Assembly (NCBI RefSeq): GCF_963921235.1
Contig: NC_086097.1
Location: 237,710,001-237,774,000 of the forward strand
Direction of reading: 5' to 3'
Length of the DNA stretch: 64,000 nt
DNA from: Mobula hypostoma
Lineage: Eukaryota
Every line of letters begins with the position of its first letter. The stretch's first letter is position 1. Below, piece by piece: positions 1 through 12,889 of this stretch. Under the pieces are notes generated by a model, which searched no databases, was not told the DNA's origin, and saw only the letters and a list, made by a program, of their open reading frames with translations. A program made the translations under genes and the position numbers.

Positions 1-48
1 GATGACATCTCCTTTCATCATTAATCAATGTCAAATATCAGTTCCATA

Positions 49-129
49 CAGGGGTTCTCAACCTTTTTCTTGCCATGGGCCTATACCATAAAGAGAGAGG
101 TCCATGGACACCATGTTGAGAAACCCCTG
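49..129. mobile_element. hAT/Charlie-like MITE (81 bp)
   Basis: Terminal inverted repeats CAGGGGTTCTCAAC ... GTTGAGAAACCCCTG. Flanking 8-mers gttccata/attccaag match at 5/8 (possible decayed 8-bp TSD). Confidence 0.65.
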
Positions 130-143
130 ATTCCAAGACAGCC

Positions 144-454
144 TGTTACAAAACGCTCCAAACCAGGCCTGCATCCAGGATTTAGATGCTCTAACTCTCC
201 AGAGGATTGCTGGCATGACCCTTTTAAGGGTTCAAGATGGTCCCGCTAATTGGCAATCATGTTTTTGATGCCAAGAATTGGGTATTTAAAGAGCACCTGA
301 ACTGAGGTTCAGTGCTCAGTCCAAAGCTGTACAAGCGTTATTGTCCAGCATTTGTTTTGTGCCCATTTCTCCTGCTTGATACCGTGTCTCAATCCTAGCT
401 TCGGATAGTCCAGCTTTTGGATCCAAACCATCCTCGTCAAGGAATCTCGTCACA
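144..454 (+). repeat. 5' LTR of the chromovirus remnant
   Basis: TG...CA ends; aligns with 1427-1715 (shared blocks ggtatttaaagagcacc and ggatccaaaccat). Confidence 0.85.
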
Positions 455-1426
455 GTGTGATTGAGTCAACATAGATCCAGCAGGGTATCAGAGTCTCTCA
501 CTGCTGTAGCCAGCCACAGCAACAGGATTTCCAAATGGAACCTGGAGACACACGACCTCCAGGCCACCGTGTACTAGTTATCGCAAGGGGAAGCCAGAGC
601 TGTCAGGAGAGGTTGTCGGTCACTCTGTAGAGCCAGCACATCTTTCAACCCTGGGAGATTCGACAGCGCCATGGGTTTTTGCCACGGCTTCCTTACTCAA
701 TGCTCATTGATGTTTGTTCTCCAGCCATCCCGGTTCCCTCTGAAGCACGGAAAAGTGTCCTTCATTATCTCTCTCCTGAGAGGAAGAAAACCCTGGCGTG
801 GGCTGTCGCGCATTGGGAATGTAGGTCAGAGATTTGCTCGGAATCGGAGGAATTTATGGCAGCCATGAGGAATCCAGTTGAACCTCGGTCTGCCTGATGA
901 AGATTCAAGGGAGGGGATGGTCAGCAGCAGATTACGCGATCGATTTCAGATCTTGAGACCAAAATGAATAGAAGGAGAAGACGGGGATCTGATTTGCAAC
1001 TTGGGCAACAGGTCTGGCTGTCCACTCATGATTTGTCTCTCCAGGTGGAGAATAGAACTTTGGTGCCCAAGTTTCATTGGACCCTTCAAGGTCCTGAGGA
1101 ATGTAAATCCAGGGGCTTACAATTGCAGCTCCCCAAGATCCTAAATATCAATCCCACATCTCGAAATGAAAACTTGTCTGCACCAGCCCTTTATCCCCAC
1201 CACCATCAGCCCTGCCGCCACCCAGGTTTATCGATGGGGAACAGGTCTTCACGGTGGGAAGACATTTCAACTCATGTTTTGTTGGTGCTTTTTGGCAATA
1301 CCTCGTGGACTGGGAAGGATTTGGTCCTGAGGAGAGGAGCTAGGTGCCTGAAAGAGACATCTTGCCTACCATCACTGCCTCTCCGAGCAACCAGGGCCAT
1401 CAGGAGTTGGCGGTAGGAGATGGGGT

Positions 1427-1715
1427 CCCAGGATTTTGATGCTCTAACTCTCCTGAATATGGATCGCTGGTGTAGCCCCTTTTGGGGTTCAGGATGGTCT
1501 TGCTAATTGGCAATCCTGTTTTGGGCGCCAGTAATTGGGTATTTAAAGAGCACCCGAACTGAAGTTTGGTGCTCAGTCCTTAGCCCTACTAGTGTTTTTG
1601 TCTAGCATTTGTTTTGTGCTCAGTTCTTTGTCCAGTTTGATACTGTGTCTCAATCTTTGCTTTTGAAACCCCAGCATTTGGATCCAAACCATTCTAGTCA
1701 AGGACTCTCATCACA
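1427..1715 (+). repeat. 3' LTR (5'-clipped) of the chromovirus remnant
   Basis: Diverged copy of about 174-454, ending in TCACA. Confidence 0.8.
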
Positions 1716-2711
1716 GGTCCCCGGCATTTAGCCACTGTAATGTAATAAAGTTGGCTACGTATCCAATCATATTGGAGAATTCTCACTGATTGAAAAAAAG
1801 GCTAGTACTTAAGATAATAATTTAAATTCTACAGGATGTAAAACAATAATTAATTCATGGGCATACCATTGTGCTGAAATGTTATCAACATGCTTTGAAA
1901 TTAAAGGATTTGACTGAATATTGAACTGTTTAAAGGGAATTTTATTCCAATTAGATAGAATTAGCTTTTTTTTGTTAATGTGAGTTTATAAAACAATATG
2001 CTGTGACTTAGCATGAAAATGAAGTCATTTGCACTCTTTGCAACGTGACAACTCAGGTTTAGTTAATAACTGAATTACTAGATTAATAATAGATCATTAT
2101 TAAAATGGAATTTTAACTCATTGACTTTCCTTAAATGTGGCAGTGAGGCACAACCTACTGCAGAGTTAGATGAGAGGGGCTGCAACACTAAAATTAATTG
2201 GGGCTTTCTATATTCAATGCACACGAATTAACTGAATTTCTGAAGATATTACTTATCCTGACAGCTCAGAATGATAACATTAATAGCAATGCAACTAGAA
2301 TAAGCAGGTTATTATTGAATAGTTATACTCTTCTGTAGTGCTTATACAGGAAGATTCAATTTTTAAGAGTCCAGGAAAGAGAGTCTCGACTCAAAAAGTT
2401 AACTCTTCATTTTTCTGCACAGATGCTGAGCTCTTCCAAAATCTTTTTTTTTTAAATATTGTTTTATATTTTTATTTTACTATTCCAAAACTATAACTCT
2501 CTTAAGATCACCAAATACCTCTTCATTTAGTGATGCTGATGACTGGATGAACAAGAGTCCCATAGTCCCTATTGCTGTTTAGTGAAACCACATCAAAAAG
2601 AATGAGTTTAACAGATTTAGCAGGAAAAGAAGGCTCTGTTGAGCTTGACTCCACTTCCAGCTCCATCCTCACACACTTGTGTCTCCAAGTTCCATTTAAG
2701 TTTTCTATTCC

Positions 2712-3425
2712 ACATTTCTACACAATACTCCCCTCACTCACTATTCTCAACAGTATTTTGTCTGCTGTGGAGACCTTCAGGTTTCTGGGTGTCACAATCT
2801 CCCAGGACCTGAAGTGGGCACCCAACGCAGACACTCTTATCAAAAAGGCTCAGCAGAGGTTGTATTTCCTACGTCAACTCAGGAAGTACAACCTGCCTCA
2901 GGAGCTGCTGATTCAATTCTATTCAGGAATAATCCAGTCTGTTCTCTGTTCGTCCATCATTGTCTGGTTTGGGTCAGCTACCAAACAAGACAAGAATAGA
3001 CTCCAAAGAACCGGCAGGGCTGCAGAAAGGATTATTGGTGTGAAGCTGCCCTCAATCCAGGATTTATATGCATCTAGAGTCAGGAAGCAAGCAAGCAGCA
3101 TCATTGTAGACCCATCACACCCTGGAAATCACCTGTTCCAACTCCTTCCTTCTGGTAGGCGATTTAGATCACTGTATGCCAGGACAAATAGGTACAAGAA
3201 CAGTTTCTTTCTGTATGCCATCAGCCTTATGAACACTTGAATTTTAGTCTATTATAAACCAAGTCCACCTGTACATACACAGGTATACCTCATTGTATAT
3301 AGTTCACGGTTATTTGCACTATTGTTTTGTCTGCTTTTTGATTCTGCACAGCGAGAGCTCAGGGAAACTGGCATCAACTTCCCTGTATGTGTCCACATAC
3401 TTGGAGATAATAAAGGATTCTGATT
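2712..3425 (+). mobile_element. 5'-truncated Rex1/Babar-type LINE (RT C-terminal region, uninterrupted frame to 3240)
   Basis: VETFRFLG..ISQDLKW..KKAQQRLYFLRQLRK...HPGNHLFQLLPSGRR; 3' end AATAAAGGATTCTGATT. Confidence 0.9.
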
Positions 3426-3644
3426 GCACATGGTTACTATTTGCAAGATCCATGTGACTTACATTGGGAAACTACCTTTCCATAACTTGTTTTTCTCAAA
3501 GTCCCTATTCCCCTCCATAAGATGTACACATTCAATAATTTATACCTTCAGTACTGGCTCAGAAGATCACACAGATTGACAAAGGGACACAGGACTGTGC
3601 TGATTTCCATCTAAAAGTTCCAACATCAGGGCAAAAACTTACTA

Positions 3645-3790
3645 CAGGTCGACCTTCACTAATCTGACTACCTGTAATCCAGTTCCTTCGATAATCCGAA
3701 ACTGATTATGCTTGATTCTGTAATTCGGCATTTTCACTAATCCGGCACTCCTCAGGTCCCAATGGGGCTGGATTAGTGAAGGTCGATCTG
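3645..3790. mobile_element. Tc1/mariner-pogo (Tigger-like) MITE
   Basis: 20-bp TIRs caggtcgaccttcactaatc / gattagtgaaggtcgatctg (1 mismatch), flanked by TA on both sides (3643-3644, 3791-3792). Confidence 0.85.
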
Positions 3791-4253
3791 TACCTTTAAA
3801 AAGCAGTTGGAGTTTACTTGATTCTGAATATTTAAAAAGAATCACTGTCCTCTGTCCTCACGGACTGACTGAAATAACAAGCAAGGTGAATGTCCCTCAA
3901 TTATGTTAATTGAGATTAATAGAAACAAATGTTCAGAAGTCTGTGCAGCAGGTAGCCAATAATCTCATTCATTTCCTGCATTGATAACCAGAAATAATCC
4001 TCTCTCTGCTTCTTCTTGACCTTGGAATCACATTTAATATTGTAATCTGATCTGACAGCATTTCACTAATAAAAAAAACAAATTTCCATACATGTTTCTG
4101 AGACAATAGACACCTCAGTTATTACCTTTAATATATTTTATTAAAGCAAATCAATTTTACATGGAATTTTTCTTGGTCTGCATTTCTTAGGTTTGGAAAC
4201 TGTGACTCAGATAGTTTAAAACTGCTCTGCCCATCTTTAAACATATAAATTCA

Positions 4254-5390
4254 GTGGCCACTTTATTAGCTCCTTCCAATTTACTTTGGCCAACTCCTCT
4301 CTCATGCCACTGTAATTTCCCTTACCCCACTGAAATACTGCTACATCAGACTTTACATTCTCCCTGTCAAATTTCAAGTTGAACTGAACCATATTGTGAT
4401 CACTGGTTCCCAAGGGTTCTTTTACCTTAAGCTCCCTAATCACCTCTGGTTCATTACATAACAACCAATCTAGTATAGCTGATCCCCTAATAGGCTCAAT
4501 GACAAACCGCTCTAAAAAGCCAACTGTTAGGCATTCAATAAACTCACTCTCTTGAGATCCATTACCAACCTAATTTTCCCAATCGGCCTGCATGTTAAAA
4601 TCTCCCATGACTATCATAACGTTGCCCTTTTGACACATCTTTTCTATTTCCTGTTGTAATCTGTGGTCCACATCCCAGTCACTGTTGGGAGGCCGGTATA
4701 TATTTTCCATCAGGGTCCTTTTACCCTTGCAGTTTCTTAGTCATAGTCATATTTTATTGATCCCGAGGGAAATTGGTTTTCGTTACAGTTGCACCAACCA
4801 AGAATAGAGTATAAATATAGCAATATAAAACCATAAATAATTAAATAGTAATATGTAAAGTATGCCAGGAAATAAATCCAGGACCAGTCTATTGGCTCAG
4901 GGTGTCTGATCCTCCAAGGGAGGAGTTGTAAAGTTTGGTGGCCACAGGCAGGAATGACTTCCTATGACACTCAGTGTTGTATCTCAGTGGAATGAGTCTC
5001 TGGCTGAATGTACTCCTGTGCCCAGCCAGTACATTATGTAGTGGATGGGAGACATTATCCAAGATGGCATGCAACTTGGACAGCATCCTCTTTTCAGACA
5101 CCACCGTCAGAGAGTCCAGTTCCATCCCCACAACATCACTGGCCTTACAAATGAGTTTGTTGATTCTGTTGGTGTCTTAACTAACCCAACAAGGATTCAA
5201 CATCTTCCAATCCTATGTCACATCTTTCTACTGATTTGATGGTATTCTTTAGCAGTAGAGCCATGCATCTGCCTCTGCTACCTTCCTATCCATTCAATAC
5301 AATGTGTAACTTTAGATATTCAGCTCCCAACTACAGCCATCCTTCAGTCATGATTCATTGATGGCCACAACATAATATCTGCAACATTAC
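4254..5390 (-). mobile_element. CR1 LINE fragment (APE endonuclease region), interrupted by a Rex1 insertion
   Basis: EPLGTSDHNMVQF...GNYSGMREELAKVNW; the sequence resumes at about 5180 after the insertion. Confidence 0.85.
4740..5174 (-). mobile_element. Rex1/Babar LINE 3' end
   Basis: ORF 4889-5131 (MELDSLTVVSEKRMLSKLHAILDNVSHPL...), (TATGAC)n tail, TSD TCTTA at 4735-4739 and 5175-5179. Same family as 32109-32980. Confidence 0.9.
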
Positions 5391-5892
5391 AATAAAGTGG
5401 CCATGATCTTCTTTTGCGGTAGCCCATCCACTTCAAGGATCCATGTGTTGTGTATTCAGAGATACTCTTCTGTTGTCGCATGTGGTACTGTCATCTTCCT
5501 GTCAGCTTGAACCAGTCTGGCCATTCTTCTCTGACCTCTGTCATTAGCAAGGCATTTTCACCCACAGAACTGCCGGTTGTTGGATTTTTTTTTTGTGTTT
5601 CTGGAACCATTCTCTGGAAATTCTGGAGACTATTATGCATGAAAATGCCAGGAGATCTGCAGTACTCTGAGATACTCAAACCACTTCATCTGACACCAAC
5701 AATCATTCCATGGTCAAACTCCCTTAGATCACATTGCTTCCCAATTCTGATGTTTGATCTGAACAACAACTGAACCTCTTGTTCACGTCTGCATGATGTT
5801 ATGCATTGAGTTACTGCCACATATTTGGCTAATCAGATATTTGCATTGATGAGCAAGTATGCAGGTGTACCTGATGAAGTGGCCACTAAGTA
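5390..5892 (-). mobile_element. Non-autonomous Tc1-like DNA transposon
   Basis: Terminus gtacctgatgaagtggccactaagta; frameshifted HTH remnant (SISE..DLLAFS..VSRI...; RLVQADRK). Confidence 0.75.
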
Positions 5893-6231
5893 TATATGTA
5901 GTCAATTCCAAAGCCCTCAATTTATCCGATCTGTTTAGATCTCTCACCAGATTTAGCATGAGAACACTATCATCCATGAATATTGCTCTTCCACACTAAT
6001 TACAAAAACAGCAAAAAAAAAGCATGTTGCATCCCTACTTGCAAATTGTTTAAAGATTAAAGATTAGCTTTATTGGTCACATGCACATCAAAACATTGAA
6101 ACATACAGAGAAATGTATTGGTTGCATCAAAGAAGTCTAAGAACATCTTCTGAACGTTCTTAGACTTCTGCCCCATTTTAACATGACAAATTAACACTCT
6201 CTCCCACCGAATACCGACTCACTCCTTCCAC

Positions 6232-6515
6232 AGTACGGTAGCACAGTTGCACAGTGGCTAGCAGAGGGCTGTACAGTACCAGCAACCTGCGTTCAATTGC
6301 CACCATTGTCTGTAAGGAGTTTGTACATTCGCCCCCAATCATGTGGGTTTCCTCTGGGTGCTCTGGTTTCCTCCCAGAATCCAAAGATGTGCCGGTTGAT
6401 AGGTTAATTGGACACTGTAAATCATCCCATGATTAGTCTAGGATTAAATTAGAGGATTGCTGGACAGTTTGTTGAATTGTTGGAAGGGCCTAACCTGCGC
6501 TGTATCACAATAAAT
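6232..6515 (+). mobile_element. tRNA-derived V-domain SINE (HE1-like)
   Basis: Degenerate tRNA head followed by the conserved core gtgggtttcctctgggtgctctggtttcctccca. Confidence 0.75.
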
Positions 6516-6669
6516 AAATAAATTATAAGAAAAGAGTTCTATTAAATTTGTCACAGGTACATGAAAACATACAGTGAAATACATCATTTGTATCACAGCC
6601 TGAGGCTGTGTTGGGAGCATCCCACAAGTGTCATCCTGCCTCTGGAGCGAGTAGAGCATACACAAATTT

Positions 6670-6850
6670 TACTAACCCAAACCTCTAGGCCATTTTTTTT
6701 GGGATGTGAGAGGAAACCAAAGCACCCAGAGGAAATCCACGTCGTCACGGGGAGGACAGATAAACTCCTTACAGACAGTGGCAGAAATTGAACCCTGATC
6801 TCCGATCGCTGGTGTTGTAAAAGGTTGCGTTAACTGCTACGCGACCATGC
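6670..6850 (-). mobile_element. V-domain SINE
   Basis: Reverse-strand core (gaggaaaccaaagcacccagaggaaatccac). Confidence 0.7.
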
Positions 6851-7329
6851 AGAGGGCCATGCTGTGACTGAGACTAGTGTGGTATCATTGAGAATTGTGA
6901 CCAGCTGCTGGGATGTGGGCCATGAGGCTTATTATCACAGGTTGGGGTGGAGAGGAGGCTCAGTCTTGTGATTAGAAGTGAAGAATGGAGTTGCAGACTG
7001 TGAGAAGGGTGCTGGAGGCTCAGGCATAAGCATCATGGGGCAAAATTGTCATTAATAAAACCAGATTGAAACAGGTTCCCAGCATTGGATGCATAACTTG
7101 GAACATGCTAAGGGAATTTTTCTTTAACATAAAAACTTATACTGCGAATGTCTGGCTCTACAAGAACAGACCATATTGTTCATTGGCCTTGTATTTCTGA
7201 TGGAATACCCTCCACGTAGTGTTCAGGTATGTTCTACACAATGTGAGATATCATTGCCAGGAGCCTCTGTACTTTAGTATCTCAGATGCACGGCAGACTT
7301 GAAAGGGTAACCATGGACCTCATGTTTTT

Positions 7330-7572
7330 TATTTATTTATTGACATACAGCGCGAAGTAGGCCCTTGCAGCCCTTCAAACGGCGCCGCCCAGCAATCCCC
7401 CGATTTAATCCTAGCCTAATCATGGGACAATTTACAATGACCAATTAACCTACCAACCAGTACTTCCACAGACATGGGAAGGATATATAAACTTCTTTCA
7501 GGCAGCAGATTGAATCGAGCCTGGGCCGCCTGTACTGAAAAGCATTGTGCTAACCGCTATGCTACCACTGGC
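7330..7572 (-). mobile_element. V-domain SINE (internally deleted)
   Basis: Shares the tail cctagcctaatcatgggacaatttacaatgaccaattaacct and the head with other copies. Confidence 0.65.
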
Positions 7573-7859
7573 GTCCCACGAGCTCCCCATTCATATTCAG
7601 CTGCACCTATTTATCACATGAACATCGAAGCATATACTGGAATGTGTTATTTGTGTTAACAGTAAACACAACGCAGGGAAGTGCTGAGGGCAGCCCAGAA
7701 GTGTTGCCACGCATTCTGGCACCAATATAACATGCCCAGTATGTTCACAGAACAACACAATCAGCAATAACAACAACAGCAAAATGCTTACCTCCCTTCT
7801 ACCCACCCACTCACCTACGGACTGTCCACCAACTCCAGCCTCTAGTCTCTAGTAGACAT

Positions 7860-9875
7860 GCCTTGAGAACATATCAAACATATGCTAACCAAAAACCATG
7901 GATGAACCAAGAGAGGCATGATCTGTTGAGGGCTAGACCTATGGCATTCATAGCCAGTGCTCCAGAACTATACTTGAAGTCCAGGTACGACCTATGGAAG
8001 GCTAGTTTAAGCACGCAGAAGCAATTCCAGTTAAGGTTAGAGATGGAATTGCTTGCACGTCAGTTCTGGCAGAGTTAGCAGATAATAATGCTGCTTCAGA
8101 GCCAGATAAGCTCATGTCTTTTATGCACCCTTTGAAAGGGAGAATAAAACAACACCTGTGCAAATCCCTAGAGCATTTGGTGACCCTGTGATCTCTGTCT
8201 TGGAGGCAGATGACTGAACATTTTTCAAGAAGGTGAACCCTCGCGAGGCATCAGGCCCTGATGGTTTACCCGGTAGGGCTCTGAAAATCTGTGCTGACCA
8301 ACTGGTGGGAGTGTTTAAGGACATTCTCAGTCTCTCACTGCTGTAATGGAGGTTCCCACCTGCTCAAAAGAGTGACAATCATACCAGTGCCCAAGAAGAG
8401 CAGGGTGAGATGCCTCAATGACTATCACCCAGTGGCACACACATCTATGGTGAAGAAGTGCTTTGAGAGGTTGATCATAGGTAGAATCAACTCAGGTCCT
8501 AAGCAAGGACCTGGACCCATTGCAATTTGCTTATCATCACAATAGGTCTACAGTGGTACAATCTCACTGGCTGTCCACTTGGCCTTCGATCACCTGGACA
8601 AGAGCAATACCTACATCGGGCTGCTGAGGGTATGATTGTGTTGACAGCTCAGTGTTTAACATAATCATACCTTGAGTTCTAGTCAACAAGCTCCAAAACC
8701 CGGGCCTCTGTAAATCCCTCTGCAACTGGATCCTTGACTTCCTCAACGGCAGACCACAGTCATGTGGATCAAAAGTAGGATCTCCGCCTCGCTGACAATC
8801 TACACTGTCACACCTCAGGGCTGTGTGCTTCACCCACTGCTCTACTCCGTCTACACCCACAAATGTGTTGCTAGGCACAGCTCAAACGCCATCAATAAAT
8901 TTGTTCATGACACAGCTATCATTAGCAGACTTTCAAATGCTGATGAAGAGGTGTACAGGAGCGAGATAGATAAGTTGGTTGAGTGGTGTTCCAGCAATAA
9001 CCTTGTACTGAAAATCAGTAAGACCAAGGAACTGATTGTGGATGTCAAGAATGGTAAGTCAAGGGGACGCTACCAGTCCTCTCTGATGGTTCAGAAGTGG
9101 AAAGGGTGAGCAGTTTCAAGATCCTGAGTATCAACATCTCTGAAGATCTATCCTAAGCCCAATATATTAATGCAATAACAAAGAAGGCATCAGAGCGGCG
9201 ATACTTCATTTGAAATTTGAGAGGAATTGGTATGTTACCAAAGACACTTGCAAATTTCTGCAGATGCTCCATGGAAAACATTCTAACTGGTTGCATCACC
9301 ATCTGGTATGGAGGGGCCACCGCCCAGGACTGGAAGAAGCTGCAGAAATTTGTAAACTCAGTCAGCTTCATCATGGACACTAGTCACCCCAGCACCCAAG
9401 ACACGGTCAAAAGGCAAAGCCAAAAAATCAATCAATCAATAAATCAGCATCCAAAAGGACCCCCATCACACAGGACGTGCTGTCCTCTCATTGCTACCAT
9501 CACGGAGGAGGTACAGGAGACTGAAGACACACACTCAATGCTTTAGGAACAGCTTCTTCTCCTCCACCATCAGATTACTGAATGGACACTAAACCCATCA
9601 ACAATATCTGAGTATTTTATTTCCCTCTTTTTTTTCCTTGACAGAAGGAGAGGGCTGCTCCAAACAGATGCCCATCTGCCTTCACCTGCAGTCAGTGTGG
9701 AAGAGACTGTCACTCCTGAGCCACTCTAAGAAGCGCACCACCACGAGCTGACTTTTCCGGAGCGCTGCCCACCATTCTTCCAGACAGAAGGATGCTAAAC
9801 ATTGCAATTACCACTGCCACAAAGCAACAAATTCATGACATTTGCCAGTGATAGTAAACCTGTTTCTGATTCTAG
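7860..9875 (+). mobile_element. Degenerate Rex1/Babar LINE (ORF2 remnant)
   Basis: [49 protein letters not shown]; many stops and frameshifts. Confidence 0.88.
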
Positions 9876-10559
9876 AGTCACAGACTAATTTTCACAGATC
9901 CTCTTCATTATAATTCATTTATGAAGCACAAAGAAATGTTGCTTCATGATAGAATCTGCGTAGTCTTTTTGTTTTACCTCAGGATCACATTCTTAATGGA
10001 CCTGAATAATGAGATGAAAAGCTTACTGCTTGTTAAGAATGAGATATGAAACTGATGAGATCATGCAATCACAATTTAGTTCCTCTGGGTATCAGCGACG
10101 ACATAAAATCTTCTATAATCCAGTACTAATTAGCACTAACTTGGTAATTTCACTTAAACAGGTCATGCTTAGGCTGCTGTGAGAAATGAAGCCAACAGTC
10201 ACTGCACGTCTGTGCCTACTGACCCAATTGCATTGATGGGAAGCTGGTAAGAAATGGCCGCCCCTTGGAGTGAGCAAGGAGGCAATTTGGAAGTTCTTAA
10301 TGGAAAGAGACGTTGAAGCATTCAGTGGTTTGGCACAGGGTCAACTGGGGCACCATATTGAGACATTTTAGGGGAAAATTGGACAAATACTTGCCATAGG
10401 AAGTGCTATGAGAAAATCAGTTAAGTGGACTTTATATTTTATTGCTCTGGAAATATGTTTTCAGAGATATGATGTGCATAGTGGTGACCTTCAATACTAT
10501 TCACAACCTGAAACGGTTTTGCTAAATATAGTGTTTACATTCACTTTTTGGACCCACAT

Positions 10560-11020
10560 AGAATCAGAATCAGAATCAGGTTTATTATCACCGGCATGTG
10601 ATGTAAGATTTGTTAGCTTAGCAGCAGCAGTTCAATACAATACATAATCTAGCAGAGAGAGAAAAAATAAATAAATACATAAATAAATAAATAGATAGAT
10701 AGATAGATAACAGTTTACATATATTGAATAGATTTAAAAACATGCAAAAAAACAGAAATACTGTATATTAAAAAAAAGTGAGGTAGTATCCAAGGGTTCA
10801 AAATCCATTTAGGAATCGAATGGCAGAGGGGGAGAAGCTGTTCCTGAATCACTGAGTGTTTGCCTTCAGGCTTCTGTATCTCCTACCTGATGGCATCAGT
10901 GAGAAAAGGACATGCCCTGGGTGCTGGAGGTCCTTAATAATGGACGCTGCCTTTCTGAGACACCGCTCCCTGAGTACTTTGTAGCCTAACATTCAAGATG
11001 GAGCTGACTAGATTTACATG
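10560..11020 (-). mobile_element. Rex1/Babar 3' end with (TTCTGA)n tail
   Basis: gaatca repeats at 10561; reverse-strand IIKDLQHPGHVLFSLMPSGRR. Confidence 0.75.
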
Positions 11021-11227
11021 AGCATAAATAATGCTGGACCAACTGAAAAATATTTTACTAATTCCAGAACATCAACTTCCTTCACCTTGGTGAGCATAGA
11101 ACAATGATGTTAAATGCGGTTGAAGATCACCGCATGGTTCCACTATTATAAAAGATACCTTGTACTTTACTGAAATATTTGGTGCCTTGAATTTAGATCA
11201 AATACAGCCTCCAAGAGGACCACAATT

Positions 11228-11545
11228 TTGTTGTGGTTTGGAGGCTTGCATGCCTCAATGATACAGAGAGTTACGTTGGCTGGAGTCAGCGATTTATGCT
11301 TTGGCTTTTGGTAGGGTCATCCATGCCAAACAGGTCAAGGGGTAGGGGCCAGATTATGAATGGTCCACCGGTCTTCCAGGTTTGGGGATTCAGCTCAGGG
11401 CTAACAATCCTAACTGGCAAAACAAAACTGTTAAGGAAACAGCAATGATGAATCCTTTACGTCTGAGTGACCAAGGGTGGCAGAGATGTAAGACCTTCAC
11501 TGCTGCCCTCAATGCCTGTGGCATAATCGGCAATATGTAAGTAAG
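11228..11545 (+). mobile_element. Short non-autonomous RTE-type element
   Basis: 5'-UTR-like cttgcatgcctcaatga... joined to the tail gccctcaatgcc...gtaagtaagt; related copy at about 16930-17365. Confidence 0.55.
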
Positions 11546-11821
11546 TTCAAAATGTAAGGATCAAATGATATGGCAGTTCAATTTTTAATTTCCGTCAAAT
11601 GTGATTTCTGGTCCATAATAATTACTAATCAGAAAGTTATTTGGAATTGAGACAATAAAACAAAACTTACAAAAAAAATTAATTAGGTATTCACAAATGC
11701 ACCAGTAATGATTTAACAGAATACATTTGTCAGGTCCAGTTGTTGTGGAAACCAGTTTGCACAGCTTGCATTTCATATCAGGCAGAACAAGGAAGAAGCA
11801 AGAGGTATAAACAGGAGGTAC

Positions 11822-11958
11822 AAGTCCTGATGAAGGCTCTCGCCTTCTAAATGTCAACTGTTTACTCCCCTCCATAGATACTGCCTGACTTGCTGAGTTC
11901 CTCCAGCATCTTGTGTGCGTTGCTCAACATTTCCAGTATCAGAGAATCTCTTGCGTTT
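11822..11958 (+). repeat. Penelope-derived terminal repeat with a decayed hammerhead motif
   Basis: agtcCTGATGAaggctctcgccttctaaatgtcaactg...gctgagttcctccagc; homologous to 47817-47915. Confidence 0.7.
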
Positions 11959-12149
11959 AGGTATAAATTAGTATGCATGTGCCTGTATTGCATGTTAAAT
12001 CTGAATACAACATAATAATTTAACTAATAAATAACCTGCTTCTAATCTGTGCAAATGCAATTTTCACTGCTAAGTTTGTGAAACATTTTTGAGTATCTGC
12101 TGTTTGGTTAAGTACATGATACCTTCTGATGAGGAACCTGCCAGCCTTA

Positions 12150-12790
12150 AGACCATAAGTCCATAAGATATAGGAGCAGAGTTAGGCCATTTGGCCCATC
12201 AAGTCTGCTTCGCCATTTCATCATGGCTTATTCATTTTCTCTCTCCTGTCTTCATCCCGTGTTCCTTCATGCCCTGTCTAATCAAAAATCTATCAACCTT
12301 TGCATTAAATATACCCAATGACTTGGCCTCCACAGCCACCTGTGGCAACAAATTCTATAGATTCACCACTCTCTGGCTAAAGATAGTCCGCTTCATCTCC
12401 ATTCTAAATGGTCATCCCTCTATTCTGAGGCTGTGTCCTCTGGTCTTAGACTCACTCACCATAGGAAACATCCTTTCCATATCTACTCTACTGAGGCCTT
12501 TCAATATTCGATAGGATTCAATGAGATACATAGAACATAGAATAGTACAGCACAGTACAGGCCCTTTGGCCCACAATGTTGTGCCGACCCTCAAACTCTG
12601 CCTTGCATATAAGCCCCCACCTTAAATTCCTCCATATACCTGTCTAGTAGTCTCTTAAACTTCACTCATTCTTCTGAACTCCAGTGAGTACAGGCCCAGA
12701 GCCTTCAAATACTTCTCATATGATAAGTCTTTCAATCCTGGAATCACTTTCTTGAACTTCCTTTGATCCCTCTCCAGTGTCAGCACATCC
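12150..12790 (-). mobile_element. CR1 3' end with a second CR1 tail nested at about 12529-12665
   Basis: RILKGLSRVDMERMFPMVSESKTRGHSLRIEG; (TCTTATGG)n tail. Confidence 0.85.
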
Positions 12791-12889
12791 TTAAGTAGTA
12801 CAAATATTGGACCTTACCTGCTCACTTGTGTCTGACAAGTTCCTTTTCTCACCCTACTTCCCAATGACTACTGATAATTCTAGCCTTTT

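Larger units (their letters stand above)
144..1715 (+). mobile_element. Internally deleted Ty3/gypsy chromovirus (sushi-like) LTR element
   Basis: Diverged direct repeats at 144-454 (TGTTA...TCACA) and about 1427-1715. Gag remnant PGRFD..FCHGFLTQCSLMF..QPSRFP..KVSFIISLL; integrase C-terminus GQQVWLST..L; chromodomain-like [14 protein letters not shown]; purine-rich tract before the 3' LTR. Confidence 0.85.

Noticed and set aside
2519..2710. Minus-strand open stretch KCGIENLNGTW...ISITK* as an exon or hAT transposase relic
   Set aside because: No recognisable family motif, a weak acceptor, and a stop just before the putative donor.
2572..3240. 222-aa ORF as a host gene (ALKBH8 N-terminal/DUF1891-like)
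   Set aside because: The recognisable part is the Rex1/Babar RT C-terminus; the first ~48 codons are flanking read-through from a non-ATG start.
10162..10246. AG...GTAAGA exon-like interval
   Set aside because: Stops in all three frames and no other support.
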